IMG/VR virus record: IMGVR_UViG_3300009183_000050
Span: 76,866-140,865 of that record
Source: a virus
Reading direction: 5' to 3' (one strand)
Length of the DNA: 64,000 bases
Positions 19,486 through 29,268 of the stretch are shown here, one piece after another. The position numbers and the translations under genes are program-made. Below the pieces are notes generated by a model. It did no database searches, was not told the origin of the DNA, and saw only the letters and a list, made by a program, of their open reading frames with translations. Each line of letters starts with the position of its first letter. Positions within the stretch are counted from its first letter, which is position 1.

Positions 19486-20142
19486 ATGAAGCTATCTGAA
19501 CAGACATTGACTGTATTGAAGAACTTTGCATCCATCAACTCTGGTGTTGTTCTGCAAAAAGGTAATGTTCAAAAGACTATCTCACCTGAACAGACTATCC
19601 TGTTTGAAGCTAAACTCGAAGATAACATCCCTGAACCGTTTGGTATCTATGACTTGAACCAGTTTCTCGGCAATGTCACCACATTGAAGAATCCTGAATT
19701 GACCTTCTCTGATAAGAGCGTTATTATGGATGATGGTGATATTCAGTTGAACTATTACTCATCATCTCCAGGTCTCATCATCTCTCCTCCTCAAGGCAAA
19801 GACCTTGTGTTGAAGAATATTGATGTTACCTTCAACCTTACTAACTCTACACTCACCAAGCTTCTTCGCTTGGCTGCCATGAATGATCTTTCGAACATCA
19901 CTGTTGTTGGTAAGAATGGTGAACTTCGTTTGCAAACTCATGAAAAGTCTAATGATACCTCGAACTTCGCATCAACAAAGGTCGATGACTATACTGGTGC
20001 CGACTTCGCTGTATCTTTCAAGACTGAATATCTTCGCTTGATTCCAGATGACTACACCGTCGAGATTTCAATCGGCAGTTTCTCTAAGTTTGTTAACAAG
20101 GGCGGTAATCTCACCTATTTCATTGCGATGGAGAAGAAATAA
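19486..20142 (+). CDS. gp45: Sliding clamp
   Basis: MKLS..TL.VLKNFASIN, FGIYDLNQFL, YFIAME. Confidence 0.95.
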   Translation: MKLSEQTLTVLKNFASINSGVVLQKGNVQKTISPEQTILFEAKLEDNIPEPFGIYDLNQFLGNVTTLKNPELTFSDKSVIMDDGDIQLNYYSSSPGLIISPPQGKDLVLKNIDVTFNLTNSTLTKLLRLAAMNDLSNITVVGKNGELRLQTHEKSNDTSNFASTKVDDYTGADFAVSFKTEYLRLIPDDYTVEISIGSFSKFVNKGGNLTYFIAMEKK

Positions 20143-20435
20143 TGGCTACCATTGGTCACAACCACCCAACTGTAACCGTCAATTCACTTTCAACCGAGGA
20201 CAAGAAGAAACTTCGCGGTGCTATCAATGAACTGAACGATAGCATGACCCGCACAGCGGCTGAACGTGACCTTCAGAAAGAAACCATCAACAAGGTCTTC
20301 GAAGACCTTGGTGTTGATAAGAAGGTTGTCCGCCGCATGGCTAAAGCCTACTACAAGGCTAACTTCAATGAAGAGATCGAAGAAAACAAAAACTTCGAAG
20401 AGATGTATGATGTTGTTATGAAAACACTTCCATAA
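20142..20435 (+). CDS. dsbA: dsDNA-binding protein (T4 DsbA-like)
   Basis: SMTR..AERDLQKE, KKVVRRMAK.YYK.NF.E. Confidence 0.8.
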   Translation: MATIGHNHPTVTVNSLSTEDKKKLRGAINELNDSMTRTAAERDLQKETINKVFEDLGVDKKVVRRMAKAYYKANFNEEIEENKNFEEMYDVVMKTLP

Positions 20436-20444
20436 GGAGTTGAT

Positions 20445-20720
20445 ATGAAGTTTGTAACTGTCATGGATATGTGGTTACTGATAATGAACATCGGGCTTCT
20501 GGGGTTCATTATCTACTTCGGTCGAAAGGTAAGCGCAACACTGGTTCGCATTGCTGGTGTTGCTGATCGAACTGCTGATACGCCCGAAAAGAATCGCATT
20601 TTGAAAATCATCCGACTAGAGATTGAAACTCATTCTCAAATGGCATCTATGGGTGATGCTGATGCTCGGATAATTTATGATGTTCTGAAGGATATTGAAA
20701 AGCAGATCATCAACAAATGA
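20445..20720 (+). CDS. Hypothetical membrane protein
   Basis: N-terminal hydrophobic helix; AAGGAG RBS. Confidence 0.7.
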   Translation: MKFVTVMDMWLLIMNIGLLGFIIYFGRKVSATLVRIAGVADRTADTPEKNRILKIIRLEIETHSQMASMGDADARIIYDVLKDIEKQIINK

Positions 20721-20917
20721 TCGATCCAGAACGAAAGAAAAGATTGATGGAGTTGTCGGCTCATATTGACAACGCCATCATGATGTGCGATAATGAGGTT
20801 GAGTTGTTAGGATTAGCATCGCTGATGATGATATATTCTAAGAACATAATCGTCGACCAGTTGAATGAAGATGTTTGGCGCAGGACGGTTGAAAAGTTTA
20901 TGAAAGATGAAAAATGA
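20717..20917 (+). CDS. Hypothetical protein
   Basis: ATGA-coupled small ORF. Confidence 0.65.
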   Translation: MIDPERKKRLMELSAHIDNAIMMCDNEVELLGLASLMMIYSKNIIVDQLNEDVWRRTVEKFMKDEK

Positions 20918-21849
20918 CTGAGTTTCTCTGGTGTGAAAAGTATCGACCTAAGTCTGTAGCGGATTGTATCTTACCTGATCGTATCAAGAGTGTGTTTCAG
21001 AGTTATGTTGATGCCGCCTCTATTCCAAATCTCATGCTGACTGGTTCGGCTGGTGTTGGTAAGACAACAGTCGCCATGGCTATGTGTGAACAGATTGGCT
21101 TGAATCATCTGTTCATCAACTCATCGGAAGAGCGTGGTATTGATACCCTTCGAACTAAGATCAAAGGGTATGCTTCTACCATCTCATTGACTGGTGGTCG
21201 AAAGGTTATCATTCTAGATGAGGCTGACTATCTTACACCAGAAGCTCAGGCTGGTTTGCGTGGAACTATCGAAGAGTTCTCCGATAATTGCACCTTTATC
21301 TTCACATGTAACTTTAAATCACGCCTGATCGATGCTCTACATTCTCGGTGTTCGGTGATTGACTTCTCACTGAAGCCTGATGAAAAACCTCGTATGGCAT
21401 CACAGTTAATGTCTCGTTTGGGTATCGTTCTCGGTAAAGAAGGTGTTGAATATGACAAGCAGGTCCTTATCAAAATCATCGAAAAGTTTTTCCCAGATTA
21501 TCGGAGGACTCTCAATGAACTCCAACGATATAGCAACTCTGGTTCTCTTGATGCTGGTATCATCTCTCAGGTTTCAGATGTAAGGAAGATCAATGATCTG
21601 GTTGGATATCTGAAGAACCAAGACTTCTCTGAGATGCGTAAGTGGGTTGTGGCTAACTCTGATATTGAACCAGCCCGTATCTACCGTAAAATCTATGACT
21701 CACTCTATGAGTATTTCAAACCAGATAGTATTCCACAAGCGGTTGTTATTCTGGCCAAATATCAATATCAAGCGGCATTTGTGGCTGATCAAGAGATCAA
21801 CCTTGTGGCTTGCTTGACAGAAATCATGGTGGATTGTGAATATGTCTAA
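20914..21849 (+). CDS. gp44: Clamp loader large subunit
   Basis: LW.EKYRP, GSAGVGKTT, ILDEAD, SRC, FPDYRR.LNELQRY. Confidence 0.97.
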   Translation: MTEFLWCEKYRPKSVADCILPDRIKSVFQSYVDAASIPNLMLTGSAGVGKTTVAMAMCEQIGLNHLFINSSEERGIDTLRTKIKGYASTISLTGGRKVIILDEADYLTPEAQAGLRGTIEEFSDNCTFIFTCNFKSRLIDALHSRCSVIDFSLKPDEKPRMASQLMSRLGIVLGKEGVEYDKQVLIKIIEKFFPDYRRTLNELQRYSNSGSLDAGIISQVSDVRKINDLVGYLKNQDFSEMRKWVVANSDIEPARIYRKIYDSLYEYFKPDSIPQAVVILAKYQYQAAFVADQEINLVACLTEIMVDCEYV

Positions 21850-22291
21850 GAGCATCGAAATGATGGGTCGTGCGGGTGAGACTATCATAGTCAACTACTG
21901 CACGGCCGCTGGGCAAAAGGTAACATTATCTGAAGATCAATATGATAGTCAGAAAGATATGATTATCGATGGGTTGAAGGTTGAAGTGAAGACGCAAGTA
22001 CCTTACATATACAAGAATGCTTTCAGCTTCAAACCTAATCAGTTGCGTAAGTGTAAGAATGCTGACCGCGTAATCTTCATCTCGGTACCTAGCAAAGAGA
22101 AGCCTCATCATTCCGATGGTAAAGTTTATCTCATCAAGTCGGCTGAGATGAAGCATTCATCATACAAGACGAAAGATGGTAGAGATATGATTGCGGTGCC
22201 TATCGATCAAGAAAGTATGGATGAACTCTTTACTTTGAGTAAAAAACAGTGTATACTACTCCAGAGTTACTCAGTGAGTGCATGGAACTAA
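21842..22291 (+). CDS. Putative PD-(D/E)XK nuclease
   Basis: GRAGE...KDMIIDGLKVEVKT matches the E...D-x(n)-E-x-K pattern. Confidence 0.55.
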   Translation: MSKSIEMMGRAGETIIVNYCTAAGQKVTLSEDQYDSQKDMIIDGLKVEVKTQVPYIYKNAFSFKPNQLRKCKNADRVIFISVPSKEKPHHSDGKVYLIKSAEMKHSSYKTKDGRDMIAVPIDQESMDELFTLSKKQCILLQSYSVSAWN

Positions 22292-22311
22292 TGTGAAAAG
22301 GAGAATGTTAA

Positions 22312-23463
22312 ATGTTAATGAAGCATACGTCATTAAGTGTGGATGAAGTGACTATTCGCACTATTTTTGGTACTGCCGTAGATGTGGTTGCATATTATGA
22401 TACCTTTGATGAGGCTGCTTGTGAAGCCAAGCAGACTGGAGGCACTTTCATCAAATTTGGTTGGTTTGATATTTCAGAACTTGCATATGATGATGAAAAA
22501 TTAGAAAATCGAATGATTCGATTTAAGCAAAATAAGATAGAAGCAACTGAAGATATGTTGCATACTCTTTCTAATAAAGGATGGGATTCAGGTTATTTCC
22601 CACCTATTGTTAGTTCTAACGGTAAAATCTTAGACGGTAAAACCAGAATCCGAGCATCTATTCGTGCTGGCCAAAAATATATTCCTTGCGCCATCTTTGA
22701 ATATGAAAACGATAACTCGGTTAGAACTACCAATAGTAATGGTGTGAAGGCCAATTATCGTGATCCCGCCACAGCGGCAACCATGAAAGATTTTGAAGCG
22801 GCTGGTGTAGGCATTATCCTTGCTGATGAGATGAATAATGATGCTGCTGAAATCGCAGATTGGCTGTATAATGAGATGGAAGTTACCAGAGTATTCAGTA
22901 ATAATAACGGTATCATCACAAAAATAATCAATAGTATCATAGATTCTGTTAGAAGAAACAAGAATGGTCAAGTCTTACTAATCAAAGATCGTAAAGAGTG
23001 GCTGCCATGGTTAGAAGAGTCATTGAACAGACATGCGGCATATTATCGAAACAAGTTTGGTATCCAGTCTATGGATGATTTTGCCTTTTATCAAACAGGC
23101 GGTAATAAAGATGCGATGACATTCTGTGAACATATTCTTCCAAATGCGGCACGGGGTATTGTAACGAACATCATCTTATATTCTATGGATTCTAATCCAG
23201 ATAACGCTGCTGAGGATCATCACAATTACATAAAGTCGATTGAACAATATGAAGGCTTTATGTATGGTTGGATCAACAGAGAACTTTCTGGCATAAAGAT
23301 TTCAAAGCCGCAAAACTCAACTCCTCTTTGGAGGGTTATCGGTGTGATACCACAATTTCTTGAAAAAGATAGTCATCGAAAGCTACTGGATAATTACATG
23401 TTAGCCTCTATGGATGATATTCCTGATATCAATGTTCTGAATAGCTTGTTTACCTGTCCATGA
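22312..23463 (+). CDS. Hypothetical protein with a ParB/Srx-like N-terminal motif
   Basis: GW....PPIVSSNGKILDGKTRIRA. Confidence 0.55.
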   Translation: MLMKHTSLSVDEVTIRTIFGTAVDVVAYYDTFDEAACEAKQTGGTFIKFGWFDISELAYDDEKLENRMIRFKQNKIEATEDMLHTLSNKGWDSGYFPPIVSSNGKILDGKTRIRASIRAGQKYIPCAIFEYENDNSVRTTNSNGVKANYRDPATAATMKDFEAAGVGIILADEMNNDAAEIADWLYNEMEVTRVFSNNNGIITKIINSIIDSVRRNKNGQVLLIKDRKEWLPWLEESLNRHAAYYRNKFGIQSMDDFAFYQTGGNKDAMTFCEHILPNAARGIVTNIILYSMDSNPDNAAEDHHNYIKSIEQYEGFMYGWINRELSGIKISKPQNSTPLWRVIGVIPQFLEKDSHRKLLDNYMLASMDDIPDINVLNSLFTCP

Positions 23464-23885
23464 CTGATCTCTTCAAAGACGTAATACCATCTATCTTACA
23501 AAGCAAAAAGCATGTAATCTCCTCAGAGAATGAGAGAGATTATGTGCCTTTTGTCGTTAACAAAGCACTATCATTTCACTATGATTGTGTTCTTCAGGCG
23601 AACCAGATGAATCTCATTCCTAACACCGAGAAACTCCTTCAATATCACTATCTTATAAATAAAATAAGAGGGTATCGCCGCCCATTCCAGAAGTGGCAAA
23701 AGCGTGAGACCATCGAAGATTTGGAGTCTATCAAGGAGTATTTCAACTACTCGAATGAGAAGGCTAAAGAGGCGCTTACAGTCTTGACTTCTGATCAGAT
23801 CATTGAAATAAGAAAAAAATTGAATAAAGGTGGTTTGAATGTTGAATCCAGACGAACTAATAGAGGTGCTACTAAAGGAACCTGA
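23460..23885 (+). CDS. gp62: Clamp loader small subunit
   Basis: YVPFVVNKALS, IKEYFNYSNEKAKEAL, C-terminal KGG. Confidence 0.92.
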   Translation: MTDLFKDVIPSILQSKKHVISSENERDYVPFVVNKALSFHYDCVLQANQMNLIPNTEKLLQYHYLINKIRGYRRPFQKWQKRETIEDLESIKEYFNYSNEKAKEALTVLTSDQIIEIRKKLNKGGLNVESRRTNRGATKGT

Positions 23886-24243
23886 TGATTTCTTAAAAGT
23901 TAGAGAGACGCTATCTCGTATAGGCGTAGCATCTAAAAAAGACAAAACTCTATATCAGTCTGCTCATATCTTACATAAGCAAGGCAAATACTATATTATA
24001 CATTTTAAGCAACTCTTCATTCTGGATGGTAAGAAGTCTGACTTCTCTGATGATGACAAAGCTAGACTGAATACTATTGCTAACCTATTGGCTGAATGGA
24101 ATCTATTGAAGTTGGTTGATCCTAGTAAGTCTCAGGACCCTGTTGCACCACTAAGTCAGATCAAGATCATCTCACACCGCGAGAAAGATGATTGGATTCT
24201 TGTAACTAAATACAACATAGGCAAGAAACGCAAAGAAGATTGA
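23839..24243 (+). CDS. regA: Translational repressor RegA
   Basis: DDFLKVRETLSRIGVAS, LYQSAHILHKQGKYYIIHFK. Confidence 0.96.
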   Translation: MLNPDELIEVLLKEPDDFLKVRETLSRIGVASKKDKTLYQSAHILHKQGKYYIIHFKQLFILDGKKSDFSDDDKARLNTIANLLAEWNLLKLVDPSKSQDPVAPLSQIKIISHREKDDWILVTKYNIGKKRKED

Positions 24244-24276
24244 TTGAGAGTTACATAAAACATAATGGAGTATATT

Positions 24277-24831
24277 ATGACTACTTTGAAAATCTATAAA
24301 ACTAATCCAGAAGTAATTCTTCCCACCTTTGGTACACAACAGGCCGCATGTTTCGATATTGCTTTCCAAGCTTATGGTAAGTATGAGTATGCTGGCTACA
24401 GTGCTTTCAATTCACACTTCACTAGAACACTCAAAGATGGTCGAGCCGTGATAATGCCTGGTGACCGCATCATGGTACCTACTGGGATTATCTTTGATAT
24501 ACCTGAAGGATATTCAATTCGTATTCATCCTCGCTCAGGGCTTTCGTATAAGCAAGGATTGGTACTAGCTAATCTTGAAGCCGTAATCGATTCGGATTAC
24601 TTTCAAGAAACCTTCGTTCTTCTCACCAATCATTCTGAGAATCCTGTCACTATCAGCAATGGTGACCGTATCGCACAAGCTGAATTAGTGCAGAGTTTGA
24701 AGTATGCTATTGTTGAAACATCCGAAGCACCAACACAGAAAACTGATCGTGTTGGTGGTCTCGGTTCGACCGGTGTTGAGACACCCGTTTTTGAAAAGCG
24801 CGGTCGTGGAAGACCTAAGAAGGTTGCTTAA
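24277..24831 (+). CDS. dut: Trimeric dUTPase
   Basis: ACFDI, PRSGL, VIDSDY, GDRIAQ, RVGGLGSTG. Confidence 0.93.
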   Translation: MTTLKIYKTNPEVILPTFGTQQAACFDIAFQAYGKYEYAGYSAFNSHFTRTLKDGRAVIMPGDRIMVPTGIIFDIPEGYSIRIHPRSGLSYKQGLVLANLEAVIDSDYFQETFVLLTNHSENPVTISNGDRIAQAELVQSLKYAIVETSEAPTQKTDRVGGLGSTGVETPVFEKRGRGRPKKVA

Positions 24832-25178
24832 TGAAAAACTATCATCATCATAAGATAGAATCGAGACCTGCCGTCATTGAAGTTGACGGTGGGATTACCA
24901 TTCGTATTGATGAAAACAACAACATCAATATCGAAGGTCATAATGATATGAACTTCAACTGTAGTGGTGACTTGAACATTAATGCCAAGAAGATAAATAT
25001 GATGGGTGATGATGATGTTCGTGTAGAATCAAAAACTCATATGGTCTATCAAGCCCCTCGCATCGATTTCAATCCAGATGATGTGGTTCCAACACAAGAA
25101 GAACTGGATGCATATATGAAATCCATGGTGATGCAGTCAAATCCTGAAGAACATTGTTGTGAAGGCCACGAACACTAA
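24831..25178 (+). CDS. Hypothetical protein resembling a short gp5/VgrG beta-helix tip
   Basis: Repeating beta-strand pattern ending APRIDFN; two genes upstream of PAAR. Confidence 0.45.
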   Translation: MKNYHHHKIESRPAVIEVDGGITIRIDENNNINIEGHNDMNFNCSGDLNINAKKINMMGDDDVRVESKTHMVYQAPRIDFNPDDVVPTQEELDAYMKSMVMQSNPEEHCCEGHEH

Positions 25179-25753
25179 TGCTTTTAGATCCTTCAGTCTT
25201 ACCTGACGTATACACATGGACGTATATCAGCGATGGTGTAAACGTCATTGATGAAACATCAGGTAATTCTATAGTGGCCATATCCAATGTCACTAATGTA
25301 TCTTTTAGCGTTCATCAACCAAATGTTGTCGTATCTGTGGTTAGCAATAAAGTAATCTTCACAGGATCATATAGATCAGGAAATACTGAGAACATAGTAT
25401 ATCTGGATAAACCAAATGGATGTTATGGTATAACTCCAACATACTATGCATTTAGTTATGATTCGGTACCTCCAGATAAAACTGTGTTTTGGCTGAATAC
25501 AGGCACCACTGATGATATAATTGTAACTCATAACTTTACGGTAAACTATACGGCTGGTGGTAATGGAACTTTTACTATCGATAGAACAGTAAAGAAGAAC
25601 ATCACAGCAGCTTATAATTTTTTGATAGATTACTATCAACTTACATCTGCAAATTCACATCAGGCAAACACTTATAACGTAGATGCTACATATCTGAAAT
25701 CTGATGATGCTAATAACACAATAGATACTGAAAGGTATAATGGAGGTTACTGA
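25178..25753 (+). CDS. Hypothetical structural (beta-rich) protein
   Basis: Asn/Thr/Val-rich; coupled to the PAAR gene. Confidence 0.6.
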   Translation: MLLDPSVLPDVYTWTYISDGVNVIDETSGNSIVAISNVTNVSFSVHQPNVVVSVVSNKVIFTGSYRSGNTENIVYLDKPNGCYGITPTYYAFSYDSVPPDKTVFWLNTGTTDDIIVTHNFTVNYTAGGNGTFTIDRTVKKNITAAYNFLIDYYQLTSANSHQANTYNVDATYLKSDDANNTIDTERYNGGY

Positions 25754-26139
25754 TGCCAGCCGTTTCAAGATTAGGTGATGCCGCGATACCACATCCAACA
25801 TGCTTTATGCCTCATGTATTGATGATGGGTTCTGGTTCGGTTTTTGTAAACGGTAGACCAATGAGTTTTGTCGGCTGTCTTACAACCTTACATACTGTTC
25901 GATTTGGTAAATGGTGCATTGTTCATTTTGGTGCTGTTGCTCTAGGTTCAACAACCGTTAGAGTTCATGGTTGTGCTGTAGCCAGAATGACTTCATTACT
26001 AATTGGAACTGGTGAGTCTTGGCAGTATCCTGCTGGTGCACCTGGAGTGGTTGTGCCTCCAATTCCGGCTGGTCTTCCTTGTATGTTTGTTGCACAAGGA
26101 TCACCAACAGTCTTTGCTGGTGGTGCACCCGGTGTATAA
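25753..26139 (+). CDS. PAAR-repeat spike tip protein (gp5.4-like)
   Basis: MPAVSRLGD, GSGSVFVNGRP, GSTTVRVHG..VAR, VAQGSPTVFAG. Confidence 0.88.
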   Translation: MPAVSRLGDAAIPHPTCFMPHVLMMGSGSVFVNGRPMSFVGCLTTLHTVRFGKWCIVHFGAVALGSTTVRVHGCAVARMTSLLIGTGESWQYPAGAPGVVVPPIPAGLPCMFVAQGSPTVFAGGAPGV

Positions 26140-26250
26140 AAATATTTTTTCGAATACTTGACTTCCTGACCTAAAAGTGTTATATATAATGGTAGTTCTC
26201 GCCTTATGGGAGAACAGTTTAACCTAACTTGCTTAACAGGAGTTACAGCT

Positions 26251-26751
26251 ATGACACTCAATAAAGTTCCTTATTTCGATCCATTTTCTTTTCCTTCACT
26301 CACAAAATCTATGATTGGTTCTGATCAGATTTTGAATCGAATGAAAGATGCAATGGATAACCTTCCTAAGATTCCTACCTACCCTCCATACAATATCCGT
26401 AAAGTAGAAGATAACAAGTATGTAATCGAGGTTGCTGTTGCCGGCTTCGGCAAGCAAGACCTTGAAATTGAAATGCTTGATGGTTCTCTCACCATCAAAG
26501 GCAATATTGATTCTGACAAAGATAATGCGGAGAGTTATATCTTCAAAGGTATTGCAGACCGTTCATTCGCTCGTACCTTCACTCTAGCCGATTCAGTCGA
26601 GATTAAGAATGCTGAATTGCTAAACGGTATGCTGAAGGTCTGGTTAGAACGATTCATTCCAGAAGAAAAGAAATCAAAGAAGATCAAGATTGATGATCCG
26701 TCTGAAGCTGTGAGCAAGAAACAAATGCTAACAGAAGAAGAAGGAAAGTAA
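26251..26751 (+). CDS. Small heat shock protein Hsp20 (IbpA-like)
   Basis: YPPYNI, IEVAVAGF, KGIA.RSF.RTFTLAD, AEL.NGML. Confidence 0.95.
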   Translation: MTLNKVPYFDPFSFPSLTKSMIGSDQILNRMKDAMDNLPKIPTYPPYNIRKVEDNKYVIEVAVAGFGKQDLEIEMLDGSLTIKGNIDSDKDNAESYIFKGIADRSFARTFTLADSVEIKNAELLNGMLKVWLERFIPEEKKSKKIKIDDPSEAVSKKQMLTEEEGK

Positions 26752-26752
26752 C

Positions 26753-26926
26753 ATGATCTTTGCATTTTTTAAATCAGTGCAGGAAGCAATTTCTGCATAC
26801 CTAAAATATCGTCGTACCGTATACGAACTCAGCCTTCTAAGTGGCCGTGATCTTCGTGATCTCGGTATTCATCGTTGTGACATTGAGTTCGTTGCTCGTA
26901 AAAGTGCCTTTAAGGTGGCGGAATGA
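26753..26926 (+). CDS. DUF1127 (YjiS-like) small protein
   Basis: Not in the track: MIFAFFKSVQEAISAYLKYRRTVYELSLLSGRDLRDLGIHRCDIEFVARKSAFKVAE; has the RRT..EL..LS.R.L.D.GI.R.DI signature. Confidence 0.85.
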   Translation: MIFAFFKSVQEAISAYLKYRRTVYELSLLSGRDLRDLGIHRCDIEFVARKSAFKVAE

Positions 26927-27018
26927 TTGCTATTCTTATTAGTCTCTATCATAAGTTTCTTTTGGCCAGACAGGCCCAAGCAGACCGATTAGTTGAAAGT
27001 TATAAGAATAAATACTAA
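26923..27018 (+). CDS. 31-aa small protein
   Basis: ATGA-coupled to DUF1127: MIAILISLYHKFLLARQAQADRLVESYKNKY. Confidence 0.5.
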   Translation: MIAILISLYHKFLLARQAQADRLVESYKNKY

Positions 27019-27025
27019 GCTATTG

Positions 27026-27049
27026 CAAGAGGGGAGAAATCCCCTCTTG
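27026..27049 (+). terminator. Hairpin terminator overlapping the next promoter
   Basis: CAAGAGGGGA-GAAA-TCCCCTCTTG; a TTGACT -35 begins in its 3' arm. Confidence 0.7.
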
Positions 27050-27098
27050 ACTTATATGGAGATATGCTATATAATTATATGATTATGGAGTATTTGAA

Positions 27099-27644
27099 AT
27101 GGACTTTAGCGTTAACGATTCTCACCTTTCTATCCAATCTCTCGAAAAATATGACAACGGTGATACATTCATCGAGACAGGCACCTACAAGGGTGATACT
27201 GTCAAGCTGGCTTTAAGTCGAGGCTATAAACTTATCCACACAATCGAACTAGATGATGAACTCTACAAGAATGCTGTAGAGATGTTCAAAGATGAACCTC
27301 GTGTCAAGGTATGGCAAGGTGATAGTATCGACCGTTTGAAAGAGATTGTTCCTACAATCGAAGGTCCTGCCACATTCTGGCTTGATGCTCATGCTTCAGG
27401 TCCTCTTGTCGGCGGTAAATCTGGACCTGCACCTGTTCTTGATGAGCTGGATATCATCGCAGAACATCCATGTAAAGAGCATACTATTTTCATTGATGAC
27501 TGTCGGTTGTTTGACACCGCTGAATGGGCTTTCGTTAAGAAGACGGATGCTGTAAAGAAGATCGATCAGATTAACCCTGAATATGATATCATCTATCTCG
27601 ACGGTCATATCCGTGAAGATGTGATGTGTGTGACAATCAAATGA
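27099..27644 (+). CDS. SAM-dependent methyltransferase-like protein
   Basis: FIETGTY.G, TIEL, GDS, FWLDAH, IFIDD.RLF. Confidence 0.7.
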   Translation: MDFSVNDSHLSIQSLEKYDNGDTFIETGTYKGDTVKLALSRGYKLIHTIELDDELYKNAVEMFKDEPRVKVWQGDSIDRLKEIVPTIEGPATFWLDAHASGPLVGGKSGPAPVLDELDIIAEHPCKEHTIFIDDCRLFDTAEWAFVKKTDAVKKIDQINPEYDIIYLDGHIREDVMCVTIK

Positions 27645-28384
27645 AACTGAACATTGAAAAATCTGTAGTTGTTATCACTCCTACAATCGGTTCACCAAAG
27701 CTATTGGATGCCTTTGAGAGTGTAGAAAAACAAACATATGGAAACATCAAACACCTCATTGTAGTTGATGGTCCTGATTACTATAAGAAAGTATTAGATA
27801 CACTAGGCCTTTTCGGTCTTAATCGAAAGCAACAACTGAGTGTTGCACCTGAAAACACTGGCGCAAATGGTTTCTATGGGCATCGTATCTATGCGGCTTA
27901 TGCTCACTTGGTCAATGCTGAATATGTGTTCTTCTTAGATGAAGATAACTGGTATCATCCAGATCATGTTCGTTCGATGGTCGAGACAATCGAAAACAGA
28001 CAGTTGGATTTTGCTTACTCACTCCGCGGTATCTATGACAAAGACAAGAACTATCTTTGTGATGATAACTGTGAGGCTCTCGGTGAATGGCCTATATACT
28101 TTACGAATGATGTTGAACATCAATATCTCGTCGATACCTCATCGTATGCTTTTCGTCGTAAGTTCCTCATTCAAGTGGCAAGTTTATGGCACTCCGGTTG
28201 GGGTGGTGATCGTAGGTTCTTCAATATGATTCGAGAACAATCATCTCATGCCAATAGCCGTCAAAGAACCTTGTGCTATCGTCTAGATGGTAATGAAGGT
28301 TCTGTGTCTAAAGACTTCTTCGACAAAGGCAATGCATATTATAATGAACATTACAAAGGTGATTTACCATGGCTAAAAGCTTAA
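27641..28384 (+). CDS. GT2-family glycosyltransferase
   Basis: VVITPT, HLIVVDG, YVFFLDEDNW. Confidence 0.85.
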   Translation: MKLNIEKSVVVITPTIGSPKLLDAFESVEKQTYGNIKHLIVVDGPDYYKKVLDTLGLFGLNRKQQLSVAPENTGANGFYGHRIYAAYAHLVNAEYVFFLDEDNWYHPDHVRSMVETIENRQLDFAYSLRGIYDKDKNYLCDDNCEALGEWPIYFTNDVEHQYLVDTSSYAFRRKFLIQVASLWHSGWGGDRRFFNMIREQSSHANSRQRTLCYRLDGNEGSVSKDFFDKGNAYYNEHYKGDLPWLKA

Positions 28385-29268
28385 TTATCGGCGGAGCATC
28401 CAACTATGGTTGGGAGCAACTGAAATACTGGGTCAATTCAATCAAGAAGAGTGGTTTCGAAGGAGATGTGGCCTTGGTTGCCACAAACATCTCTAAAGAA
28501 ACTATCGAGAAGTTAACGGAGAATGGTGTGTTGCTGTCACTCTATGGTGATAAGCAGGCAGATGGTTCTTTCAAAGCACACGGTAATGGTGCACCACATG
28601 TTGAGCGGTTCTTTTATATCTGGAACTACCTGCATAACTCGAAAGAAAAATATGCAAACGTGATCATGACTGATACTCGTGATGTTATCTTTCAAGATGA
28701 TCCTGTGAAGTGGTTGGATTACAATCTCGTCGATAGTTTCATGGTCTGTAGTTCCGAAGGGCTTCGTTATGTCAATGAGCCTTGGGGTAATCAGAACTTG
28801 CTTGAGACATTCGGACCTTTCTTCCACAATATGCTAAAAGACAAGTTGATCTTCAATGTCGGTACCATTGCTGGTGACCACAAGTATGTTGAAGGTTTCA
28901 TTCTTACATTATTCCAACTGAGTATCAATCGCAATATTCCTATCGTCGATCAGGCAGTGTTTAACTTCATGGTTAACACTCAACCTTATAACAATGATCT
29001 GATGTTTACCAATAATACAGATGAATGGGCAATTCAACTAGGCACCACACTCGAAGCTGTCAAAGCAGGCAAAGGTGATCTAGGTTTCATCTTCTCTGAT
29101 GACCCCATCAAGTATCAGTCTATGTATGAAGATAACCAACCTAAGATCGGTGAAGATGGCATCGTCACAACCGCCGGTGGTAAACCCTTTACAATCGTGC
29201 ATCAATATGATCGTGTTCCTGAATTGAAGGCCAAGATCGAAGAACTCTATGGAGATAATAATGTTTGA
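28369..29268 (+). CDS. Putative GT-A glycosyltransferase
   Basis: ERFF, MTDTRDVIFQ.DP, NVGTIAG, DQAVFN, IVHQYDR. Confidence 0.7.
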   Translation: MAKSLIIGGASNYGWEQLKYWVNSIKKSGFEGDVALVATNISKETIEKLTENGVLLSLYGDKQADGSFKAHGNGAPHVERFFYIWNYLHNSKEKYANVIMTDTRDVIFQDDPVKWLDYNLVDSFMVCSSEGLRYVNEPWGNQNLLETFGPFFHNMLKDKLIFNVGTIAGDHKYVEGFILTLFQLSINRNIPIVDQAVFNFMVNTQPYNNDLMFTNNTDEWAIQLGTTLEAVKAGKGDLGFIFSDDPIKYQSMYEDNQPKIGEDGIVTTAGGKPFTIVHQYDRVPELKAKIEELYGDNNV

